Positions 37,901 through 50,689 of a DNA stretch of 64,000 nt are shown here, one piece after another; position 1 is the first letter of the stretch; each line of letters opens with the position of its first letter. The DNA is from Vicugna vicugna (Eukaryota). The stretch lies in the NCBI GenBank assembly GCA_013265495.1, contig MU058387.1, positions 1,426,001 through 1,490,000 on the forward strand, in the 5' to 3' direction. The translations under genes and the position numbers were made by a program. The notes beneath the pieces were generated by a model. It searched no databases. It had not been told where the DNA came from and saw nothing but the letters and a program-made list of their open reading frames with translations.

Positions 37901-40004
37901 GTAAATCAAGCAATCCATAAGTGTTTCTGCTAATGATACAATTTTCTCTAATTAGATGACTTTGGGGAATGGGTAAGACAGGTTTTTGTTTGTTGAATTG
38001 ACATACAATTCCTGGATAACATTTTTTTTTTTTTGTCAAGCAAATTATTATGGCTCAGTAGCCCTGATGGTGATTATAGTGGTGGGATAAATCCCTGTCA
38101 TATTGTTATGCTTTGTGAATTTTTGGTTACGTACCTCAAAAGCTATTATCCACTATCTTTGTATTGCTAACTTCATTGTGATATTTATATGTTGTCTTCT
38201 AATATTTCTGCTTATTCATGACAAACATGAGCATATCAGAATACAAAACTAATAACAACAGGAAATACAGAACTAAATAGAGCCTATAAGAGAGAGGGTG
38301 TTAGAGTCTCTGACATCTGTTTGTTGATCTGTCATTGAGCTGCTATTTGAATGTAAAGTCTTTAATTGGACTAAATAAGAACCCGTCTTCGAGAAAAGCT
38401 TTCCTCATTATCAGATCCTTTTTAAGCCTGCAAAGACAATCTTGCAACTTCAGTGGTTTGTATTTTCTCAGGATAACTGCATTGACTGGGGTTTCCATTG
38501 TATTCTGCTACAGTTTCCTTACCCAGAAGTATTATGGAAACAGTTAAATTACACAGTAGAAGCTTTAGCATAGAGCAAAACTTTGCTAGTTTCAGAATAC
38601 CAGAAAAAAGGGGCACAAATCTAATAAAACTCGTTTTGTTTTCCCTAAGAGATTTGTGACAAATTTACTGCACATCTCTAAGAATGAGTCATAAAGCATT
38701 AAAAATGAAGCATTTGTTCAAACGTGAGGCATTTGAAGGATAATATTATCATACTAGTATTTTATTTTATTTTAGAACCTTTTCTTACAAAACTGAATCC
38801 ACACTTAATGATTATTCAAAATAGTTGATAATGGTGAGTGAAATGCCCTTGCAAATGACAATGGCACAGATATGAGTTATGTTGTTACAGCCTAGGAAGA
38901 TTGAAACGATCCAAATATTTTGTAAGACAGGTTATAACCCAAGGATATTGAATAAATTATAGGCTCCTGTTCTAAATCTTAAATGGCTGACCTAAAATGT
39001 CTCCGCAAACTGGAAGTGCATTGTCTCATTTTCAAATTGATGGGTCATTTTAAATATATATTTTGACTACTGACTGCCAACTCAAATTTGATCTCTTTCT
39101 CCTATCTCTATTTAAGTAACCTCTTAACCAACAATATATCTTTTAGGAGTCAGTTGAAACAGGGCTGCTATGAAGTGATCATGAAGTCTGATCATATGGA
39201 AGTCATAATAGTTACTATTGTGTAATAATGTAATAATATAAAATATATATTATAAAATATTCTATAATAGTAAATAATTTGAGGCCCTTCCTAAAATCCC
39301 AGGACCATGCTATGAACATTTCATGTGTTATCTTGTTGAACTCCACAGTGTAGATATGAATCTACACACACGTAACACTGGATATTCATAGGAAGCCTTC
39401 ACCTAAGTTTTTTTTGTTTTGTTCTGTTTTAAGATTTATTGAGATGCAATTAACATACCACATGATTCATCCGTTTAAGGTGGCAGCTATTTTAGATAAA
39501 GCAATCAGAAAAGACTTTCCTGTAGAAGGGTTCATCATATGAGGCTATCTTTGTGATGTCATGGTCAGGATACCTTTTAGAAGAACATTTCCAACAGAGT
39601 GAACAGGAAGCCGATAGCTCGGCTGAAGTGGGAAGAAACTGTAGAGAGAATTTTATCTTTTATTCTTATAATTATGAGCTGTCTTTGGAGGATTCTGAGT
39701 AAGGTTGACTTACATTTACAAAGGGGTACTAGACTGTTATCTAGAGGAAAGGCTGAACAGACCAATTAGATGTTTTTTGCAGTGAGCTGGGCCAGAGTCA
39801 GTTGTGGCTTGCATTAAGTGTGAACAATGGCCACATTTGTGCCATACATTAGCCTTCAACTGTAGCTCATTTTGCATCCACTAGTAATTCTTGACCTAGG
39901 AAGTGTGATTTATATCTCCTCTGTGTGGTCGTTCAGTGTCATGGAACTTGACCTCTCACTGACTTGGTCACCATGTCCGATTTGTAAACTTGTTGACCAT
40001 GGAT

Positions 40005-40182
40005 CAATGGTCCTCAAATGTTCCTACACATTGGAACCCACTGTAGGGCTTGTTCAAACACAGATTGCAGGGCCCCTTCCCGAGAGCGGCTGATTCAGAA
40101 AGCCCGAAGCATGTGCACTTCTAACAAGTTCCTAGCTTATCATGATGCTAATGCTCTGGGGACCACATTGTGAGATCCACTG
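40005..40182. mobile_element. MER5A hAT-Charlie MITE
   Basis: TIRs 'caatggtcctcaaa' / 'tgtgagatccactg'. Internal 'cttgttcaaacacagattgcagggcccc' and 'ttctaacaagttcc'. Confidence 0.85.
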
Positions 40183-40190
40183 CTCTGGAT

Positions 40191-40382
40191 CAGGAATTGA
40201 ATTTTTTTTTCCCTATAAAGGGCTAGTTAGTAAATAATTTTGACTTTCTGGTTCATAGAGTGTCTGCCACAGCTTCTCAACTCATAGACAATATGTGGAC
40301 CCATTAAGAAGCAAGACGTAGATAACACATAAGTGAATGAGCGTATTCCAGTAAAATATTTTTACATAACAGCTGACCCCTG
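40191..40382. mobile_element. MER58-like hAT-Charlie MITE
   Basis: 'cagg...tataaagggctagttagtaaataattttgacttt...gtgtctgccacagcttctcaactc...tagacaatatg...ttccagtaaaa...gctgacccctg'. Confidence 0.8.
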
Positions 40383-41227
40383 CCCCAGACCATTTACTCT
40401 AGTCCTAGCTGCCTCCATCCATCTAATATTCTAACACACACCTATTAGAAAAATACACATACATTTTCACATATATATGTGAATAGCAACATGTTTCTTA
40501 ATATCTCAGTTTTCTCTAGTTTATTTTTTGTATCTTGCTGATGGTACAATAAATTAATATCTGTAGTAAAGTTTTATGTCAGTATGATTATTTTACAAGT
40601 CTTCAATACCCCTCTTGAAAAGTAGGACGATTAAAGAGAAATCATTTTACAAAATATCTGTTACTTTTGAAGAGCCAAAATGCATTACCAAGGTTATCTG
40701 TTCCATAATAATAATTTTCCATTATAATTAGTTCCCTTGTATTAAGAATAAACCCATTACAATGTGCAAAAAATAATTACACAAACTAGGGAGGAGAGAA
40801 CATTATTAAATAAAACTAGTGTGCTAACATTTGGCAGATGTATAAATGCAGATATAATGAGATCACTGATGGGAAATATTTGCGGGAGTTTGCTGAAATG
40901 AGCGTGACCCCAGTTTTTCAGATTTTTTTTTCAAGAATGTAAAAAATCCCCACCTACGGTTTTCAATAAGGTTGACAGTTTGGCAGTGTTGCTAGTTATT
41001 TACGAATGTACAAAATACATGTCTTATAAAGCTGCTTTGTTTCAAAGTAATACACGTAACTAAAATACTGAGATGGGCCACAACACAGGAACACTAATTA
41101 AACAACATCTACAGTGTTGCACGTAATTTTGTCATTTTATCCTGTTTGGTAGGATAAGGTTATCATTACCTAATTTTTTTTCATATTTTTATATGTGAAT
41201 ACTGAGGCTTTCTCATTTATTTTGCAG

Positions 41228-41396
41228 ATCGCTCTTGTGTACACAAACGTATAGGTGCAAGCAAAGGAAACTAAATAATTACACAAGATGACATTGCATG
41301 TGTGCAAGTGGGTTCACAAATTCCAGCCCGTGGACTCTGAATTTATCCTTTAAATGTGTGTGGTTGGTTTCTTGGGAAGTAAAGACCGGAACGCTG
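41228..41396 (+). other. candidate non-coding exon (unassigned)
   Basis: Acceptor 'tttctcatttattttgcag|', donor 'CTG|gtaaga', and stops in all three frames. Confidence 0.25.
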
Positions 41397-44300
41397 GTAA
41401 GAAGACAGAGTTACTTCCCCGATGTGTAGCCATGTCTCCTGTGAGTCATATAAACCTGAATCTGGGGTGTGGGCCATGATGTCAGAATCTGATTTTCAAA
41501 AAAAAATGTGTTTAAAACATTTCTACTTAAGTACAAGACATATACATAAAGTCAAATAAACCCAATGCATAATTTCATGGATTACTACACAGTGACTACC
41601 CGGATACATCACCCAGAAGATGGATTATGGTTGACACCCAGAATCCCCTTGGTAAATGACACCCATGTGTTACACACAAGTTTCTGACTTGAGCAAGGAG
41701 GTGAACAGTGATGGTGACATTTTCTAAGGTGGAAAACTTACAGGAGGAAGACTTTCATTTGGGGAAAAAAAATTATTTCTATAATTTTTATTATATCATT
41801 TAAAAAATATTCTGTTACTGAGCCAAAAATCATCTTTTTCTATATCAATAATCAAGGTACCATTTAAGCATGAATCAGTCAATGAAGAGGCCTTTATGGA
41901 ATACACTGCCATTTAGTGCAAAGCAATGATGAAAACAGTAAAAATAGGTAAGCATGTTATTCACGTAATGAGAATACAATCTAGTGCGCAAAATAAAGCC
42001 AACTAAATATACAGGAAAACAGTAAGGCCCTCGGGTGTCAGTCTTGTTAGAGAGAAACTGAGTGTGTCAGGAGAACTTACTCAGGATCTCCGTGTCCCTG
42101 AGATTCCTGCTCTTTCTCTCAGCCATGCCTCTAGTCCTCCCAAGCTGAAAACCGTGTAAATTCAAAATTCTATGTGTGTAAAGTAGAAAACTGTACTTGC
42201 CAACTGAGTGGTACAGGGACCATCTGATACTTTATATTCTGGGAAGGAGTTCAGAGAAGGGGATCTTCTGCGATTTACGTGGGTGATTCATAGACACTCA
42301 CATTCATTCATTTAATTTATTATTAAGCAGCTACCATGTCCTAAGGTCTTTTTTAAGTTTAATTGGGAAGTCTTAGAAGAAAATGTGAGTTAATAATAGA
42401 AACCTGAGGAGTTGTGTGGAGCTGAAGCACTTTAGTGGCAAAATGATTGTTTTGAGGGACTTAATTAAAATCCTGATTAACAGGCTTTTGATGTTACTAA
42501 AAAGTTTGTTAAAACTGAAGATATTTCAGTATTACTTTAAGTGATAAGTATACACACACCAATAATTAAAGTGAAATATTTCCATCTTATAAAAGTGGAA
42601 GGAAAGAGAAATCCCTTAGATACTGACTGGCTCTAACAGAACACAGGTGTTTTCTGAGAGGTGAAGTCCCTCTTCAAACCATTATTCTAAGTAGAAATAA
42701 GGAATACATTACTAATTACTATAATTGCTATATAAATTCTAAGTCAAATCTATGCAATTGCATGAAGAGCTTTACATACCATATGTGCATACATATATTT
42801 ACATATGCACAATTTTTGTAGATTATAAAATACAAACTATATTATGTATAACCTTTTCTTTGACCTTTTAATCAAACTGTTTTAAAATAGAGTCATTCTT
42901 AAATTTTAAGTCATTTTGAGTATTACTCTATGTAACTAAAATTCAAAAGAAAAAAAAATTGAACCAGAGAGATAAGGGTGAAGCTACCCAGAAACTCCCT
43001 TACAGTAAAGAGGAATGATTTACACAAATCACAGAAGCTAGGAAGAGGCACCTATCAAAAAATGCTGTGCTCAGTCCTGCTGAGGGAAAGATCATTTTTC
43101 ACTATGTTCCTTCTGTTGCTTTAATCAGTCTCTTTTCACTGTCTTAAAGGATTGGGCCCCAGTGCTTCTCACTTTGCCAAATAATTTTACTACCTTACTA
43201 GTTTGGACCCTATCATGACCTTATCTCACTGCTGAGTGATGGAGGCTAATGGGTTTATCCATCATGAATAAAGATTAATTAAGTTGCTTTCATGATTTCA
43301 GGTGACATTGATAAGAAAATAAGGACAAACAAGGACATATCATTCCAAGTATCCATAAAGGTTAATTTTAGAATTTTTTTTTCAAAAGAAGGAGAGATGC
43401 TTTCTTTGAACCTGCACAGAGCATAGCTTCTTTAGTGTCTGCTATTCAGAGAGCTCGAACATCACATCATCCGTTCTTTCCAGGTCAATAAGACAAGGCA
43501 GCAAACACTCATTCTGCACCCCTCCTGTGTTTCTAAGGGTCTGAAAATAGTAAGTGGGTATCCCTGGTATGTATAAGGCCTCCCATTGCTTCCCTTCCTT
43601 TGCTAAGCTGCCGTCAAAAGGCGTACGAGCTGAATATTATTAAATCAGTTGAAAAAGGTACATGATTTCATGTTACGTGAAAAGATAGTTTGCAAAGTAT
43701 TATCTCAAATGTGAAACCAATTTTGTAGCAGAATTACACGTATGGATATTTAGACACAAAGAGAAGGGCTACACTAAAAGAGAAATTCTGGAAAAATGTA
43801 CCCCATGAAATGACTAGTTATCACCCTTAGGCAATGATGTTATGAGTGATTTTATTTTTAAACACAGTCAATTCAATTAATGGCAGCTTTTTTTTCCCCC
43901 TACAATAAACATGTTTCACTTGCATAATTCAAAAAATAATTAAATTCCTTCCCAAGAGTATAAACTTGTGATTACCAACAAGAATAGCCAAGCTTCCAGA
44001 ATTTGGACAGTGAGGTGGACTTTTTAAATCAAAGCACCAAAGCAGTTCTTGAATTAGACGTTAAAGGTAAATGGATATAAAATAAATTCCTTATTAATCA
44101 ACTTGGCTCTGAAAAGAATGGGCATTGCAAATAAGGTAGTGCCCCGAAGCCTCAACAGATAACACAGTAGTTAATTTTAACATCTAGTTACTTAAAAACA
44201 GACGGATTCTGTAGTATACGTTCACTCAATTGTGGTGATATACCGAGAAAACTGCCCAAAATATATCATTTTGTCAGTAAGCAATGACTTAGAAGTATAT

Positions 44301-44769
44301 ACTCTTCTTCTTCCCTGTTTTTTGATATTTCAAGAGGTCAGATCCAATCCCACTTCTTCATAAATATATTTGTCATCTTCAAGTCAAATTTACCACCTCT
44401 AATTTCTATTAAAAAAAAAACTTTCAGTATTTCTAGATTGTTAGGTACCCTTTCATGATTATGCCTCATTTCTTCCAGAGGACTACATGCTCATTGAAAA
44501 TAGAGACTGCTTATAACTTTTATATCATAGTATAGTATTTTTCATATAAAAGTGTTAATGTCCATAGAAGACAGTAGCAGTTAAAACATAGTAGCAATTA
44601 AGATTTGGCCCCAAGCTATTTAGGTCCAAGTAGTAGCCTGATACTAATTAGAATGACTTTGAACTATTTCAGGAACCTTTTGCTGCATGTGTCCTCATTC
44701 GTAAATGGATACAACAGATTTGGTGTTTGTTTGTTTGGAAACAAGAGGAGGGGTTCCATCTACCCTACC

Positions 44770-44985
44770 AGGCACTATTTTATGTATTTACCATGTACCA
44801 CCCCCCCTTTGAACCCTCACAACAACCCTATAAATAGGTATTATTATTATTCCCATCTTTCAGATGAGGAAGTTGAGGCTCAGAGAGTTTCAGTGACGTG
44901 ACCAAAGGCTCACAGCTATTAGCAGAAGAGCTGGGATTCAGTCAGGGCAGTTGGTTTCTGAGCCTATGCCCAGAACCTCTTCACC
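44770..44985 (-). mobile_element. MIR SINE (a + strand MIR piece lies at ~44600-44715)
   Basis: 'tgaaccctcacaacaaccctataaataggtattattattattcccatctttcagatgaggaagttgaggctcagagag'. Confidence 0.85.
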
Positions 44986-45169
44986 GTAAAGCCTGGTGCA
45001 TAGCAAGTTCACAATACATATTAGTTGTGGTTATTACGGATTTTATCAGAAGTTTAATTTTACCCACAAATTTTTTTCCTTTATTTGCATTCCTTCAGTT
45101 AAATCATTTACTGTCCAGTTTGCCACAGTCCCTCCTACTCCCAATTTTCTTATACTAATACACCTGATT

Positions 45170-46275
45170 TGCTTGGACCCTGAAGATTCGGGGCCAGTTA
45201 CTTTGTAAAATATCCCTCCATGCAGGCTTTTATCACTTTTTTCTAATTAGATTTATATTATGCCTATTTGGCAAGAATATCACAGAAGCAATGTTGTATT
45301 TTCATTGCATCCTATCATGTGGCAGACAATTTTGATTTGTTGCATTTATGATTATGTTAACTTTGATCTCTTGATTGAAAAAGTATCTGCCAGTCTTCTC
45401 CAATATCAAATTACTGTTTGCCCTTTATAATTAATAAGTGTTTGTGGAGAGGAATTTGAGAAAATGTAAATATTCCTGTACTCATTAAATTGTCCATTTA
45501 TTTAGTAAGTTAGTTAGTTGGTTAGTTACTTCAGCGTGGATTTTAAAAGATTCCTGTATAATTTAGAACTTATAATAAATGTTTATCAATACTTTATCGT
45601 TGAAAAACTTTTTATTTTGGAATAATTTTAGATTTATAAGAAGTTGCAAAATCGTAATAGCAAAGTTCCCATATATCCACTCACCCAGCTTCCCCTTATA
45701 TGAACATCTTACATTACTGAGACACACTTCCCAAAACTAAGAAATTAGCATTCCTGCAGTTCTATTAACTAAACGACAGACTGTATTTTGACTTCACCAG
45801 TTGTCTTTATTCAAACCCCCTTTCTGTTCCAGAATCCAATCCAGGATAGCATTCCGTGGTTAGCCAATTCAGTCCTCATGCCTTTTCAGTCTTCTCTGAT
45901 CTGTGACAGGGTTTCAGTCTTTCCTATTGTTTTATGACCTTCACACTGTTTTAGGAATCTTGCTCAAGTATGTTAAAGAAAGTGCCTCAGTTTTAGATTG
46001 CCTAATGTTTTCTCATGATTAGACTGGGATTCTGGGTTTTGATGAAAAATATGACAGAGGAGAAATGCCCTTCTCTATGGCTTGTTTCAGCAGGTATGTG
46101 ATATCAATATGACTTATGATGGGGGGTTTAACCTTGATCACCTGGATACGCTGGTTCCTACAGATTTCTCAACATTAAGTTACTGTTTTTCATTTTTCAC
46201 ACTCTATTCATTAGAGGTGACTGATTAAGGTCATTTCACACTCAAGAGGAGGAAAACCAAGAGGGCAGAGTATCA
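45170..46275 (-). mobile_element. old L1MC/L1MD-type 3' UTR segments (two adjacent, partly homologous pieces)
   Basis: 'ttttattttggaataattttagattt..aagttgcaaaa...ttcccatatatcc..cacccagcttcccc', 'ttctcatgattagactggg' and 'ttaaccttgatcacctgg'. A similar block, 'ttaactttgatctcttgatt', occurs at ~45360. Confidence 0.75.
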
Positions 46276-46754
46276 AGTATACATACAGCCATAACTAAAT
46301 TTTAAGCATGCAGAGAAAGGTCTTTCTCCGAGTCAACGCCTTGAATGTTTGTTTTTTGTTTGTTTGTTTTCTGAGGTCCATCACTTGACGGCAAAATTTA
46401 CTTAGTCATTTCATTTATGGATTACATGCTCATCCTAGGTCCCCTGTCTGTTTCACAGATTAGTCAATCAGCCACAGAGCCAGCATGAATCCTTGATGGC
46501 ATCTCCTTGCAGGAGACACCGGTGTTCTGGGTGTGCACCAAGTGTGAGGAAGACAGCTTTCCTCTGGGAGGCCTGGGAGGTAGAGTCTATGTCATTGCTT
46601 ATAATCAGGCCTGGGAAAAACACAGGTAGGTTTTGAACCAGGAGCCTCCTTCCCGGAGAATGCTTCTGGCACTCAGTATGGGCAAGGCACCCTTTCAAGC
46701 TTTTGACAAATGATAAGTGACTTTAAACCTCCTAAAACCCAGCTGGACTGGTAT

Positions 46755-46925
46755 TGCCATTTCCATTTGACAGACGAGAAAACTGAGGCACACAGAGATT
46801 TTAAGTGACTTACCTTTACTTATTTAAGTAATTTAAATCACAAAATCCCAGAGCTGGAAAGGAGGAGATCCGGGATCTGATCCCAAGAAATCTGGCTGAA
46901 AGAGTCACTACTTTAAATCACCACC
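46755..46925 (-). mobile_element. MIR SINE
   Basis: 'tccatttgacagacgagaaaactgaggcacacagagattttaagtgacttacc'. Confidence 0.75.
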
Positions 46926-47309
46926 TGATACTCATTTTATTTATGAACCTAGAATGGAACTCTATTTCCATATCAAAACTAAACGTTGTTATAGGTTTTA
47001 ATGTACAGTGAGTTTTCTAGAAATGTAACTACTATAAAGAATGTGGCAACATCATCCTTATTTTTAAGCTTCCCAAGAATTGCTTGTCATTTCAGAAAAT
47101 CAAACTTTTAATGGCAGCATTCCTTGTAGTATTTGAGTTGTCAGTGCATCACACTTGTACCGCCGAGCATTTGGAGCAAACTACAAGAGCAGAAGCATCT
47201 GACTGCTTAATTGTAGCCCCTTGTGTCATGCTGAGTATTGACATATTGAAATGTGTATTATTTTCTAGTCCATGCTGTTCAGATTTTTCTGTCAGCTTTT
47301 TTGTCTAGT

Positions 47310-49105
47310 CAGTTTTATTGAAGTATAATTTAATACACGAAGATTGAGCCTTTTTAGTATGTACCGTTCTGTGAATTTTGACAAACACACAGTTCAGTAT
47401 CCAACAATCCATATACAGAACGGTTCCATCAACCTTCAAAATTACCCTTACGCCCCTTTGTAGATTGGAGCTCCATCCAGGTAACACACGTATGATACAC
47501 ACCTGTAATAGTAACTGTATCATTTACAACACTGTGAATGTGTGTGTATCAGTAGTTCACTCATGCATCAGTAGCTTGTCCATGCATCCACTGAAGCATA
47601 CTAAGCTGAATTCCAGTTTGAGATATTTATGAATAAATCCTCTACAAACATTTCTATACAGTTTATGTGTGTGTGAACATCAATTTTTATTTTTGCTGGG
47701 TAATGATCTATGAGTAAGATGGCTGGGTTGTATGGTAAGGGTATACTTCACTTTTTTAGAAACTGCCAAACTGCTTTGCAAAGCAATTGTATCATTTTAC
47801 ATTCCCACCAGCAGTCTATGGTAATTCTACACACCGTGCATCCTCGCCAGGACTTCGTCTGGACACGATTTCACCTTTTATTGCTTCTAATGAACCTGTA
47901 GGGTGCCATACCGTGGTTTTAATTTAAATTTCTCCATGGACTAATAATGTTTAGCACTTTTTCATCAGCTAATTTGCTATCTGGATATCGTCATTTGTCA
48001 ACTGTCTGTTCAAAATGTGTCCAGTTTTCTTGGGTTATTTCCTTATATTGATTTCTGAGATTTATTAATACACTGTCAATTCAGTTTTTATCAAATACTT
48101 GTTTTACCAGGGTTTTGTCCCAGTTGGCGGCTTGCTTCTTAATTTCTTTAACAGTGATATTTAAAGAGGAGTTTTAAATTTTGATATTTTTAATTTATCA
48201 TGTTTTTTCTCTATAAGCCATGCTTTCAGCACTATGTCTGTTATTTTTGCCAGATCCAAGATCAAAACTATTTTTCTCCAGTGAAATGTTTTTATTTCAG
48301 TTTTCTTTTATTGATTTCATATTCATTGCTTATGCTTAGGTCTTTGAGGTGTGAGCTATGACTTGAGTCATTTTTGCACTTGGATAGTCAGTTGTTTTAG
48401 AATCATTTGTGGAGAATATTTTTCTTTCACTGTAGGATTGCCTTGCACCTTTGTCCAAACTGATTTGACTATTTTATGTGTGTCTTTTTCTGGAGTCTTT
48501 ATTGTGCCCCACTGATCTCAGTGTCTATTCTTTGCCAACACAGCACTGTCTGGATTACTGTGGCTTCACAGTAAGTTTTGCAATAAGGTAGTGTGTGTCC
48601 TCCAACTGTATTTTCTTTGTCAAAATTATTTTGACTCTTTTGTTTCTTTTACTTTCCCATAGAGCATTTAAAAATCTGCCCACTGATTTCAAAAAAGAAA
48701 AAAAAAAAGATACACGCTTGTGTTTTGATTGGGATTGTGCTGAATCTATAGGCTGGGACAATTGATATCTCAGCAGTACTGGGTCTTTCAATTCAGTATC
48801 ATGATATGTCTCTTCATGTGTTTAGGTCTCCTTGTTGAGTATTTTGTTGTGTGTGTGTGTTTTTTTTTCCATAGGCATGTTATGATTTTCCAGCATACAG
48901 ATAATGCACATATTTTGTTCAATTCATACTTAAGTGTTTCATTTTAAATAATATTGTGTTTATTTAAATACCCAAGTTTTAATTGATAGGATATAGACAT
49001 ATATTGGGTAGTTTTAAATTTAAGTTATTATATCTTGTGAAAGAGCTAAATTATCTTATTCATTCCAGTAGCTCTTTATGTCTTCTTTGGAATTACTTTA
49101 CCTGG
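47310..49105 (-). mobile_element. old L1 (L1ME/L1MD-type), 3' UTR plus ORF2 3' part
   Basis: 'ttttattgaagtataattt', 'agaaactgccaaactgctttgcaaagcaattgtatcattttacattcccaccagcagt', 'ttgattgggattgtgctgaatctatag'. Confidence 0.85.
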
Positions 49106-49114
49106 ACAAAAAAG

Positions 49115-49364
49115 TGAGAAACTGGCCAGCAGCTATGGGAGCCAGCTGTCCTGGAACGGCAGCCTCTAACTCAAGCCAAAGGCTCGCATGACCAGCACCA
49201 CAGATAGACGTCTTGACTGCAGCCTTGTGAGACTAAAAGCCAAGGCCACTCAGTCAAGCTACTCCTGAATTTCTGATGCATGGAAACTGCAGCAGTAAGT
49301 CTGTGTTGTGTTAAGTCCCTAAATGTTGGGGTAATTTGTTTTGCAGCAATAAATGACTCATGCA
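49115..49364 (+). mobile_element. MLT1 (E/F-like) LTR, 3' part
   Basis: 'ttgactgcagccttgtgagac...tgttgtgttaagtccctaaatgttggggtaatttgttttgcagcaataaatgactcatgca'. Confidence 0.8.
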
Positions 49365-50689
49365 GTTATCTTCAGTGCACACCCAGCTTCCAATTGTTCC
49401 ATTGTTACTTTGTACTTAGAACAAGAAGACCCTCCATGGTCTTCTCTGCATGCCTGGTTGTCGGCAGGTTATCTCTCCCGGCGCTAGCCCTTCCTTTTGT
49501 GACTGTGTGCTTCTTAGCCTGGTGCTTGGGGCAGAGTCTGTCCCAGACTCAGTCTTAGGAATGCCCTGACTTCCTTGGTCCCTGGAGTGAGGCTTCCTCT
49601 GTGATCCCGCCTCTCCTCCCTGTGGTTACCAAACTCTGCCTTTTATCTTTGGTGAGACTTATATGACAGAGTCATTCCTGCCGGTCTTCCAGGGACAGGT
49701 GACCACTTAGATTTGGGTCCAGGATGAGTCCCGCTCTGTCCCCAGGGTCAGAGCATGGCTTCTTTGACCCCTCCCTCAGCCACAATGAAGTTTCCCCTGT
49801 GCCTTTTCAGGGACAGGATTTGCTGACACTTCCTTCTCAGTCTGAAGCTTTTGTTTTCTAGAAAAGTCAAGGGGAGGGTTCCCCTTAGGATGCTCTTCTT
49901 TTTGGCAGCAGCAGCCACTCTCCTGTCCAGGTATTTGCCCCTGAAGAAGGCTTTCTCCAGCCTCCCACCCTGTTCTCTGTATTTCTCACTGGTACTCAGT
50001 GAGGTTTAAGGAAAAGCCATGAATGGCTCTGATGGCTGCAGACATCTATACGTCCGTGATCGCCTAAACTCAGGCTTTAGCAATACATCAGCTATTTTAG
50101 CTGAGTTCTTACCTTCTGATGTAACAGATGAGCTAGGATTTGTGCCCCATCTCCTCTAGGACACCTGCCTTTCCTTACATTTCAGGCTATACGATTGCCC
50201 TTCGACTCAGCTCTCCGATAAAATTAAGGGGATATATTATCTGGTCTCTTCTTGCCATTAGGAGGGGTGCAATTCTCTTTCCAGCTTTATACTTCTTAGG
50301 CAAAAGTAGAATCTTCCAAATAATATTTATACTTCATTATTTTCTGTTTATATTTCTTTTATTTTACAATTAAGGTGTGATAAGTTTTGTTTAATTTCAT
50401 TTTAAACTAGATATCTACTTTTCAAAATATTATTGAAATACTAGCTATTTGTTCATAATAAATATCATTACAAGAATTCTACTACCAGCCTGATAGAATG
50501 AGCTAGTAACAGACCATTTTTTTTCCCATAGATAAATAATATTAAAACAAACAAGCAAAACCAAAAGTGAGTGCCCTAGAGAATGAACTAAAGTCAGCCA
50601 ATTCTGGAAGATTTTCAAAATTGGGCAAGTGTGAGTTTCTCATATGTTTAGCTTTTTCCTGAAGGCAGACCATAGTTAGTTGTCCTACA

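Noticed and set aside
43302..43360. Possible + strand exon (DIDKKIRTNKDISFQVSIK)
   Set aside because: Weak donor (AAG|gttaat) and no recognisable protein; kept only as a hypothetical partner of the 7568 donor.
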